Below the pieces are notes generated by a model. It was not told the origin of the DNA and did no database searches. It was given only the letters and a program-made list of their open reading frames with translations. The translations under genes were made by a program, and so were the position numbers. A DNA stretch of 64,000 nt, from positions 32,001-96,000 of the IMG/VR virus record IMGVR_UViG_3300033146_005439. One strand, 5' to 3'. Shown here piece by piece: positions 39,618 through 51,600 of the stretch. Every line of letters begins with the position of its first letter. The stretch's first letter is position 1. Origin of the DNA: a virus.

Positions 39618-42600
39618 TATATAAACCCCCCAATGCAGATACAGAATAAACATGTGTTAATATACGATTTAATTTAGCTTCTTGTTCCATAAAACGTGTA
39701 TTCATTTCTTGAGAAAGACCTGATTTATCCGAACGAAGAACATTTAAATCAGAAATTAAGTCATTTATTTGTTTTTCTAAATAGGCAGTATCTAAAGTAT
39801 GTTTTTCTTGTATATCTGATAATACTGCTATACTAGAGGTATCTTCTATCTTAGTATTTAACATAGTTATATCTTCTGTATGCCTTACCTTTAAATCAGT
39901 TATTTGATTACTTAAATTATCTAACACAGTAGCTAATTGATCATTTTTTTCCGCACCTACTGCTGCACCAACACCTTCTAAGTTAAGGGAGGTTAATTTA
40001 TTAACAGCCGCCTCAAAAGAAGATGTATCCACCTTTATAGTTGCCTCAGGTAAATCTACAGGTACTTTAACTCCTGTAACATCTACACCAATTTTAGCTT
40101 CACCTACATCAACTGAAACTTTCGCATCATTAACATCCACAGGAACTTTAGCATCACCTACATCAACCTTAACTGTAGCATCACTTACATCAACAGGCAC
40201 TTTTGTATCAGAAACATCCACTTTAAATTCTACAGATTTTAATTCTTCTATAGCTTTATTTAATTCACCAATATTATCAATTGTTATAGAAGTAGTTGGT
40301 ATATTTAAACTTTTACTATCCAATTCATCAGATAAAGCTAAACCTCCATTCTTAAAATTTTTAGAAACAACCAGTTCCCCTTTTTCTAAGAAATAATTAC
40401 CTGTAGAGTTAATCATACCTCCAGTATGCTTATGTCCTTTTACAAAACCGCCTAAAAGATGCTTCTTTAAAAAAGCTTCAGGTGAATAATCTTTAGTAAT
40501 AATATTCATAAAAGCATTTTCCTCAGTGCCCGCTTTTATTACAGAAGATTTACTAGAAATACCTGGCGTTTTAAAATAAGAGGAGCCTATAAAAGAACTA
40601 AACTCTTTTCTATCTACATAAAGTTTTCCTGTTTTAGTATCTTTATAAATAGAACCATCTTTAATACGTTGATTTATACCTGCTGAATCAATGCCTATGT
40701 GCTTTAAATAAGAAACGCTTACTGGAAAATACCTTCTATTTCTTCCCCCTGATAAGTCAAAAGTATCTCTTTTTTCAGCTACATTTTTAAACACTGTACC
40801 TGCTAATTTATCTTCAAATAAATAACGCATATTAGCAAAAAGATTACTTTTTTCAACTACGTCAGAAGTATTCTTATATTGAGACATCATGCCTTGTAAA
40901 GTCTTAGTACCTTCAACTAAAGATTTCATCATAAGTGCTTTAGTTTTTGGATTCTTTACATCTGCCCAATTCTTAATATTAGCTACATCAGTATCCCCAA
41001 ATACAGCAATATTCATATTACCTTTATTAGCTTCTATAAATTTAGTTAACTTAGCTTCATCACCACCAAAACGTAACAATGAGTCTATATCTTTAAAAAG
41101 TTTTCCAGATTTAGTTGTAACATCATACTTAGTATTTTTAGCTCTACTAGGCATAGCTTCTACATCGGCAGAAGCTTTCCCAAAAATATCTATACCTCCG
41201 GACATCTTATACTTATTTAAGTCGTCTTTCCTTAAAGCTTCATAATCAGGACGAGCAGCAGATAATTGTCTCGATCTCAAAATTCTACGAGCTTTCATTT
41301 CTTTTTTCTGCTGATCAAAAACATTAGCTCTATTAGCTACATGCATATCATAAGAATTAGTATAATAACCTAAATAATTATCTTTTATCATAGGTGATGC
41401 GTTATTTACTTTAACACCGCCACGTAAACCTGTATTACCTACCATTTTTAATAAAGTAGCATCACTTATAGTTTTAAAACCAGCTTTAGTTATACGTTTT
41501 CTTTGACTGTTTAAATCCATAAAACTAGGTGCTGGTGCAAACATTGTTCTATTTGTAGCTCTTGTTACGTCTTCACCACGATATTTCTTTTTATTTCTAT
41601 AATAATTATCTATTTTATTAGCATCTATACCTTGAGATTTAAAATATTCTGAGATAGTCTGTAACTCTGGTAAAACCATTTCTTCCCAAGCTCCTTTACT
41701 ATTCAATTTTTGTATCCCAGGACCAAATAAATTGGTATAAACATGCTTTTTATTTTTTATAGAACCACCTAAAGCGAACTTATAAAAGTCTTTTGTTGCA
41801 TCACCTACATAAGGAACTCCTTTAGGTACTTGTCTATTTATTTTAAATTCTTTTTGAACATTCTTATTTGTTAAAATCTTAACAAACATCTTTTTTATTT
41901 CATTAGGTGTTTGTGCAGAATACATAGGTTCTTTAATACCTGCTAAATCATGTAGTCTAAATAATTCTGCTAAAGGTTCGTCCGAAAGTTTAAGTTCATC
42001 TGCGCCCATACTTCTATAATTTTTTAAACTTTCCTTAGCATATTCCGTAGCATATTTATCTTTTAAAGCTAAATTTCTCCAGTATTTATGAAGATCAGGA
42101 GCATCTTCTAAAAATTTACGAGAAGCTACATGACCTATTTCATGCACCATAGTAGCTCTTAAAAGTTTATCTTGATCTTGAGCTATACTACGCATATGAC
42201 CAGAAAGAACTTTTACATTAGGATTATAAATATTACCCGCAGCTATATCTACTTTAGAACGCCCAGTACGTAAATCTTTATAAGCTCTGCCTAAGTTACC
42301 TTTCTTTTTATTTATAGCACTTAAAGCTGATACATCTAAATCAACATCACCTAAAATATCTTTATACTTTGACATAACAGACGATACTGTTTTAGTATAA
42401 CCAGGTAAAACATCTGCGGGTAATCCTGATGCTCTAGCCATTAAAGAAGCTATAGAACTGCCTCCAGATTTAACATTTGTACCAATAGCTCCTATCTCAT
42501 TAGACAAAGGATTAAAGCCCTTTAAACGAGAAGCTACACCCCCAGATAGAGCTGTTCCAGCTAAAGCACTTAAAATACCTGAAGTTACTCCTAAACCACC

Positions 42601-45600
42601 TTTTTTAATATCCCCCATAAAACTAGTTTTAACACTAGCACCTATTTCCTTCAATTGTTCAATATTAAGATTAGAAACAAAACTACCAACACCTTTAGCC
42701 ATAGAAACACCTTTAGCTAAAGTGGTTTTCATACCTTTCTGTGCTTGATATGTTGAAATATTCTCTATAGTCTTAAGAGGGTCTAAAGCTAAAGTTTTAC
42801 CTACTCTAGCACCTAGTTCTAAAGTAGCAGCACCAGCTTGACCTAAAATATTATGAGTTCCTTTTAGTCTATAATCTTCTAAAGATTGTATTCCTTTACC
42901 AGCTTGCGTAGATAGCCAATTAAAAACACCACCACCAGAAGCGTAGCCTTTACCTTGATTCAACTTTCTAGCAGCAGTAACACCACCTATAGCTTTAACT
43001 TCATCAGGTGTTAAAAGTAATTCACCATTACTAACATTTACAGGAACACCTCCCTTAGCAAAATTATTTAAAGAAGTTTTAGCCTTATTAGCATATTTAG
43101 ATTGTATAATAAAAGAACCTTCTGGCACACGCATACTGATACTATCAGAGGTACCTGTTCCTGGACCCTTTATAGTGGTTCCTATAGTACCACCTAAAGC
43201 TTTTTCTTCAGAAGTTAACTTCTTAAAATAACGAGCTGGTGAAAAAGGCATAGTTTTAGAACTAAAAGGTATACTACCAGGAAGAACATGTTGAAATAAG
43301 GTTTTTAATTTGTCGCCAAAAGATTTTAATTCATCTTCCGGAAAAAATTTAGTTGAATCTATACCTAAAGTACTTAGAGTATCTTTTGCCTGTTCCTTAC
43401 CTCCAGACATAACTTCTAATATCTTAGCCAAAATAAGTGTTTGAGAATCTAAAGCATTAACTACAGGTGTATTAGCATTTTTAAAATAATCAGCATATTT
43501 AGTTTCATCACCACCAAAAGCTTTATTAATTAAACCTGTCTTTATATCTTCTAAAATAGTCATGTCAGGTTTTTGAGCTACAGCATTATTACGTGTATTT
43601 TCACCAGCCTGTTTAATCATATCATATAACTTAGAAGCCTGTTGCCCAAAATAACCTCGTTGCTCTTCATTAAAATTATAATTAGGATTATTAGCAAAAG
43701 AAGACAACTTATCAGCAAATTCTTTTATAGGAGCAAAATTAGTTCTTGTTATATCTGAAATTTGTTGTAATTTTTCAGACTTCTTATAAGCAGCTTTTTC
43801 AGAAGGTATTAAATTAAGTTGAGTTAAAATATCAGAACGTTGAGTCCCTTTAGAAGTTCTTAATTGTTCCATTAAATTTGCTCTTTTTATATCAAACTGA
43901 TTGGATGCGCCTAAAGTAAGTTGAACACCCGCTTTAGATGCCTTGTATTGAGCATAAGGATCAATAAATTGAGGAGCAAAAGAAGAAGAACCTCCATACA
44001 TAGATTCTAAAGAACGTTTAGCTTCAAAACTACCATACTTCAAACCAGATAAAGAATCTGTAGCCTGCGAAATACCTTGTTCTAATTGAAGCATAGCAGC
44101 AGACAAACTTTTAAAACCATTTAAAGTTAAAGAAATGGAAACTAATTCTTTTTTCAATTTATTTAAAACATTATCAGTTTCTTTTGCAGATTTGGATAAA
44201 AGTTCAAGTTCAAGTCTAACCTGTTTTTGCACTACTGATTCTGAAGTTGAAAACCAACCTTTATTACTAGGTAAAGCATTATACTCCTGAGTCTTTAAAG
44301 CTAACTGTTTAGCTATACTAGAACGTTCAGCTAACTTAGCTTCATATAAAAATTGCCTATCTTTATAAGAACGCATTAAATTTTTAGCTTTAGCTCCTCC
44401 AGCCAAACCCATAAATTGTTCAACATTTAAATCATTAATATTATTAGGAATTAATTGTAAACCTGAAGGAGTACCACGTAAATTACCATTAAATCCTTGA
44501 TTTTGTAAAGAATTTAAATCATCTAATCTTTGTGACATTAATTCTGCTGTCATATCTGTAGCAGAACTAAAACGATTCAAGGCTTGTTCTGCTAAAAGTG
44601 ATGCTTTTAATAAAGCTCCGCCATGGGCTAGTTGAGATTTAACCAATTTAGCTAATTTATCAGATTCTTTTTTAATTAAGGTATCCCATTTTTTCTGTTC
44701 ACCTGAATTAACAGCTTGAGATCTATTAGATACCATAGCATTAATTCTACTTTGTGCATCTATTATAAGTCTATCTAAAGATTTATAAGCAGTTAAAGCT
44801 TTTGTTGTATCTGTAGGAGATTTAAAAAAAGAACTCGTTTTTTCAACTAAAGTTTTAGGCTCTTTACGACCTTCTAATAACTGCATCAACTGGAACTTAT
44901 CTAAACCTCGCATAGATGTTTCACCTAAAGAAATATTAGTAGAAGGTACACTCATACCAGCATAAATACCTTTACCTATTTTTAAAGAATCTTGTATATC
45001 TTTAGCAAAATTAGTATTTTTTATATCTCTTTCTATAGTTTCTAATTGAATCTTAAATTTCTCTGCTAATTCTAATTTAGTTAATTCTGCTTTTAATTTT
45101 TTAACATCTTCTGTAGTATCATCAAAAGTAGTTTCAAGATTCTTTTTTAATTTTTCAGTATCTTTTACAGCTTTTTTATAAGCCTCTTCAGAATCCAATA
45201 TAGTAGATTCTTTTACAGTAGATTGATTACCACCAACTTTAGTACTATTAACCGTCTGTTTATGTAATTCATCGTAAACTTGTTGTGCTGCAACCGAATT
45301 TTCTGAAATAATGGCACGTAACTTAGCAGCTTCTACATCAGCCCCTTGTTTTAAATCTGCTGCTCTAACTTTTTGAGTATCCTTTTCTGCTACATAACGT
45401 GCTAAAGTGGAAGCTGTTGCTGCAGTAGCTATTTGAGCCACTTTATTATAATCTATAGGATCTACAGATACAGTAGGACCTTTAACTTCTCCCCCTGCAG
45501 CAAAACTACCAATAATACCACCGTGAGCTAAAGTATCTAATTGACCTTTTTGTAATTTAAGTAACTTGTCCCTACCTATAGCCTTAGCCATAGTAGGTGG

Positions 45601-48600
45601 TATAATTAACTCACCATTACTAACTCGTATAGTGGCAGTTTTGCCAGAAGAACCTGTATTATTAGTAGCATAACTAGATTTAGCAATCAATGCTTTTGCT
45701 TTATTAGCATATTTAGAAGGTATTACAAAAGAACCTTCAGGCACATCTTGCAAAAGTATAGAATCAGAAGTACCTGTGCCAGGCCCTTTAACAACACCTC
45801 CTTGAGCAAAAGATTGCACGTAGCCTCCAAAAGCTTTATTATCTTTTTTAGTAGCCATCTTATCAACAGCTTCTTTCATTTTATCAGCAGCTTCATTCAT
45901 CTTGTCCGAAGCTTTTTCCATACCAGGTTTAATATAGTCTTCCCTAACAGATTTAGGTTTAGTAGCACCTGCAACTTCTTTAATCCCTAAAGATTCTTCT
46001 GCAAAATCTTTCATAAAAGTTGATGAAGCTTTTTTCAAACCTCTAAAAGCAAAAAATTCTTTAACTTTACCAAATATACCTTCGGATTCTGATACAGTTT
46101 TAGCAAAATCTTTTAAAGCTTGTCCATATTTCTTAAAACTTTCGGGTAGTTCTTCACCAGTTAAACCTGTTTGCATTTTAGCTGCAGCATAAGTCCCTAT
46201 AGCTCCTCCAACTGCTCCGGAACGCATAGACCATTTATCACTAAGGCCCATTTTACGCGCAAATAAAGTTGCTGCACCAGTACCTGCAGACATACCTTGT
46301 AAAGAACCATAAAAACGAGCTTTTTTATACTCTTGAGCTTTTTGAGCTAATAACTCTTCTTGACGTTTTCCATACTCTCCTGATAGTTTATATTTCTTAC
46401 CTTCGGGTGTAATAGTAGAAGATACTACTTCACCTGCCTTTAAAGCGCGTTCTGATAATTTTTTTAATTCTTGATCAATAGCTTCTATCTTTTTACTAGT
46501 ATAATTTCTTTTATATGTAGCAAATACTGCTGTTCCTGCAGCTAAACCGGCCATATTTTTAGAATTAAGTAAAGAACTCTCTGCTACCTTAGTTTTATTC
46601 TCTTTTTGTAGAGCTTCTAAAGTGGCTACTTGTTTATCAAACTCCGGAGTACCTCCCTTACTTCTTAAACCAAACCATTTACGTTCATCTGGCATTTTAT
46701 TACGTAATTCACCTAATAACGTATTAGCATTCATACCGGCAAACGCTCTACTATACATTTCTTTACTAGAATATGATCCTGGACCACCAACACTTTTATT
46801 GTCTATCATCTTAGCAGCGCCAGCCAAACCTTCTCTAGAAATGAGTCGTTTAGTCAATAAATCTAAAGCTCTATTAGATTTAATTAACATCTCAGAATCA
46901 CCTGTTTTTGCAGCGGTATCTCTTATTTTGGCTACTCTATCTAAAGCGGATACTATTTTACCACTTTCTGTAACAAAGCCCGGTAATAAAGCAGAAACTA
47001 TATCATTAGGTGTAAGCATTAAATCATCTAATAAAGTAGAAAGATTACGTACTTCACCTTGTTTATCAAAACGCTCTATTAATTTGTCTAATCTATCTAC
47101 GGTATTAGCTGTATTTTCAGCAGTTTTTGTAGTATCTACTTTTAATTCTTTTAATTCATTACCTGGCCCTGCTACTTCAGTTAAATACTTCTGAAAATCT
47201 TCAGGTTTAACAGCTGTTCCAAAACCTTTAGATACCTTTCTAATACTATCCAAAGCTACTTTAGTTTTATCTATAGCGTAAATATTATTTGCTGTACCTT
47301 CACGTTTAGCTTCTAAAACCTTTAATTGTTTGGCCATAGCCTCAAACTTAGGATTTTTAATAAGCAATCTTTGCTGAGCAGTTAATTTAGTTTTATCTTG
47401 TATGCCTAAATCTAAATTAGCTAACTCTTTACTTTTTCCTGACATTAAACCAGCAGTTTCTCTAGTTAATTTTAAACGTGATTCTGTAACAGCAACATTC
47501 TCAGCAGTAGCTCTACTATTAGCTTCCATAGCTTTAGTTAAATCTACAAAAGCAGCTCTATATTGCATTATAATTTGATTATTCTTCAAAACATTCTGAA
47601 GTTGTACAATCTGATCATATAAACCAGTAGTCATTTTTATAGATTTAGCGTCTATACCATCTAACTTCATTTTTTGAAGACGTTCTAATAAGAAACGATA
47701 CTCTTCCATAGGTTTAGCATAATATTTCTTAAAATCAGCTGCCCAACCCTTTTGAAAAGGTGACTTACCAAAAGATTTTTCTAAAGGATTATAACCTTTT
47801 GCACCTTGTAAAATAGTAGAAGTACTTATTTCACTAAAAAAACGTTCTCCTAGATTAAAATTACGCTTAAAATCTTTTGGTGAAATACCTCGTAATCCAG
47901 CCCCCGCTCCTGCCATAAATTCATTTAAAGCACCTATTCTATCAGATAAATCTTTTTCTATTTGTCTAACAGGTAATACAGAATCAACGATAGCTTGCAT
48001 ATTACTATCAAACTTATGTGTTTCTACTTTTAAAGTTTTAGTGTTAAAGTAAGTAGCTACCCAATCATAAGTTCCATCAATAGTCTTTTTATATTCTACT
48101 ATAGCTTGACGACCTGCCATATTAAATTTCTTAGCTGCATCATCCATAAAAGTTACAATATCACCACTTAACACTTTACCTTGACGCTTAGCAATACCAG
48201 CACTTTCAACATTAGCTGTAGTTAATTCTTTAGTAACATCTAATAAACCAGATTTAGTAGGATAAACACGTTTCATTACTTCTTGACCTAAAACATCTTG
48301 CCAAGAAGCTTTACCTTTCATAGCACCTACTTGAAATTTTGGTTCTATTTTAAGAGCCATCTCATAACCTTTTTGTAGTTCAGGACTACTTAAAATTCTT
48401 GAAATTTCATCAGTAGGTAAACCTTTTAGTGACATACTACTTAAAGTTTTTCTAAAACCTTCATAAGAACCCTTAAGTTTATCACTTAATTTTGTTACTT
48501 TCTCTTGTAATTTAGAAATATCTTTATCATAAATATCACTTAAAGAATATTTATTTTTCTGTGACATCATATAATTAAGTTCTTTTACTGCCTCTTTTAA

Positions 48601-51600
48601 AGCCTTGGCTGGTGTTACATTTATACCTTTTGATAATAAACCACCAATAGCAGGAACCTCTTTAGCTAAAGCTTTTAATTCATATTTCCATTTCTCTGAA
48701 CCACCCGTAGCAGTCATATCTTTTATATATTTAGAAGCAATACTTACATCAGTTTTAGCCATTTCCCGTAATTTTGATTTTTCTAAAACAGAAAATAAAT
48801 TTTCAAAATCTCCAGAAGCTTTTAATACAGCATTACCTAGTTCATCATAACCAGCTACTAAAGAGTTATTTACTTTAGCTAAATCATTAGCCATCTTTGT
48901 AGCTTCCTGTTGTTTATCCACCATTTCAAGTAGAGGACTTCTATAAGTTCCTAAACGTTTAGATTCTTTTTGGGCTGCTGGAGACATACTTTTAATTATG
49001 TCTTGATAACCTTTTTTAAAAGTAGAATAACCATGAGCTACATTACGTAATGTTTTTAATTGATCTTCTTGTGAACGTTTTAAACCATACATAGATTTTT
49101 CAAAAGCTTCTGCAGATTGCATAGAAGCTATAAACTCTTTACTTAAAGATTTAAAAGCAGGAAGTAAAGTCATAATAGTTAAACCTAAAGGTGCTATAGA
49201 CTCAACTAAACCTGAATTCTTTCCTGCCCATTCTTTAAATAAATCGCCTCCGGCTCCTAATTTTTTGCTAAAAGCATCTACAAACATACCTGCAGCAGAA
49301 GCTCCTAAACCAACAAATTCACCGGCAACAGCCGTAGTTGCTCCAGCTAGTTTACCTAAACTCTTAAAACCGTATTTTTTAAATAATTCTTTAACTCCTT
49401 TAGCAGAACCATAAGTTCCTGCAGCACGAAGACCTATATCTTTCCAGGTAGTATCTTCACCCTTATCTTTAACGCCAGCAGAACTTGCCCCAGACAATGC
49501 AGTTGAAGTAAAACTTAAAAAATTACCAATTTTCTTTAAAGTTTTTCCTACAAAACCTGTGGCACTTGCAGTACCTTTTGCTGTGGCTGCAACATAAGAA
49601 TTAAACTTCTTACCTAAATTAGCTATTAAATAAGTGGACTTGCCTAAAGCAGAATTAAAATCAGATAATTGTTTTCCTCCAGCAACACCACTTACTACTC
49701 CTGGAGTTACAGTTTTTAAACCTCTGACTGAAGTAGTGCCTGCTCCAGCTCCTAAAATTTCAAAAGCCGCTGTTTTTAATTCATCTTTAATAGAACCAAA
49801 TAAACCTCCAGCAACAGGTGTTCCTGTAGATAAAGTATCAGCTATTGAACTAATAATTTTATCGCCTTTAGATAAGAAAACTAAGAAACCTAACATTGCG
49901 GCGCCGGCAGCTTTTATAGAATCAGGGATACCTGCTAATGTTTCAGCTATAGTCTTTACTGCCTTTAAACCAAATTTAAATACAGGAAAAGCTACTTTTC
50001 CCACAGAAGTTTGTAATTCTACCATAGCAGCTTTAGTTTGCTCTAACTGTTTAGCATAAGTTTTCATTAACTCTTGATTTTTACGCTCAGCTGAACCTTT
50101 TGAATCTACACTATGCCTAATAGCCTCTAAAGCTTGTCCCCAATTATCCATTAAAACTAATAAAGCATTATATTGACGAGTACCACCTATGGCTTGAGCG
50201 ATATTCATCTTTTGTGCTTGAGTTAAATCTTTCCATTTACCGGCTAATTCATCTAAAATATTAAAACCACCTTTTAACTCACCAGAACCTGTAATTGTAG
50301 AAATACCTAATTTACCTAACTCTTTAGGACCTTTCTCTGAAGTTAATCTACGCATAATAAAACGCATAGAAGTACCAACTTCTTTACCAGACTGTCTTGT
50401 AGTAGAACCTATAGCAGCAACAATACCATTTAATTGATCAAAAGTAAATCCAGCATTTTTTGCTGCAGAAGCCGCCTTCTTAATAGCATCCGCCATATCA
50501 CCAGCAGTAATAGCATGTTTAGATTCTACCTCTGACCAAGCATCTAAAAAATGCATAGAAGTTTTACCTTCTTTATTAAATACTTTCATAGCTGCAGTTA
50601 AAGCTTCTGTAGCATCTTTAGCATTCAAAGTAGTAACATTAGCTGCTAAAGTAGCTGTTTGTGTTCTTTCTAGTATTTGAGGTTCAGGTAAACCTTGTTG
50701 TGCAAATACTTTCATACCTTGAAGAACATCTGTTACAGCTACTCCATATTGTTTAGCCATATTAATAGCTGATTTTTGTAAATTATCAAAATCACTAGTT
50801 AAAGGATTCATAACCATTCTTAAACTAGCCATTTGTACTTCTATATCAGCTAATACGCCCACAGACTCTTTTAATTTATTAAAACCTCCATAAACTATGG
50901 TAGAAGCAGCTCCCCACATAACAGCTCTTTTAATAGCTCCTTGAATACCTCTATGAGAACCTGCTAAAGATTCATTCATATCAATTTGCTTCGTTGTAAA
51001 TTTACCTATAGTATTACCAGTTGCATCTACAACTTCTTTATATTTTGTAAAAGCTGTCTGAACATTTTTTACAGCATTACCAGCTTGATCAAATACTTTT
51101 GCTTTATAAATGTAAGTCTCTCCTACTTTAGCACCACCTTTTGCTGCAGGAGTCTTCATGTAATCCCTTATTTTAGCTATATTACGTTTATTTAAAGCTT
51201 CTTGTGTTTTTGGATCTAACCATTTAGGAACACTAACAACACCAGTTTCTCCCCAAGCTCCTGGACCTTTTTTAGTGGTTTGACGACCTAAATCCATATA
51301 AGTAAGCTTATTTTCAGCATCCTTTAACATTTTAATAGTCTGTTCTAAATTCTTACGTTCTACAGACAAAGGAGAATCTGAAACATTATACTGCTTAAAT
51401 AATTCTAAAGCATCCCTTAAACGTGTTATCTTTTGAGCACCACCTTTAAAATCCCAAGCCTCTGCTATTTCAGGTCCTAAACGTTCTAATAATTTACCAT
51501 CTTCCATTAATTTTATAAGTTCATCATCCATAGAAGTTAAAGACTTGATAGCAAAACGAGCTTTTTCCATAGGAGAAGCCATTGCATCACGTTTATCACC

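Noticed and set aside
39618-39653. N-terminal extension MFILYLHWGVYI of the 674-aa ORF
   Set aside because: It overlaps the end of the giant gene. ATG 39617, with a G-rich RBS just upstream, is the more plausible start.
40024-40221. 27-bp periodicity as a CRISPR array or DNA-level VNTR
   Set aside because: The units are in-frame, contiguous and synonymously diverged, with no spacers. It is a protein repeat.
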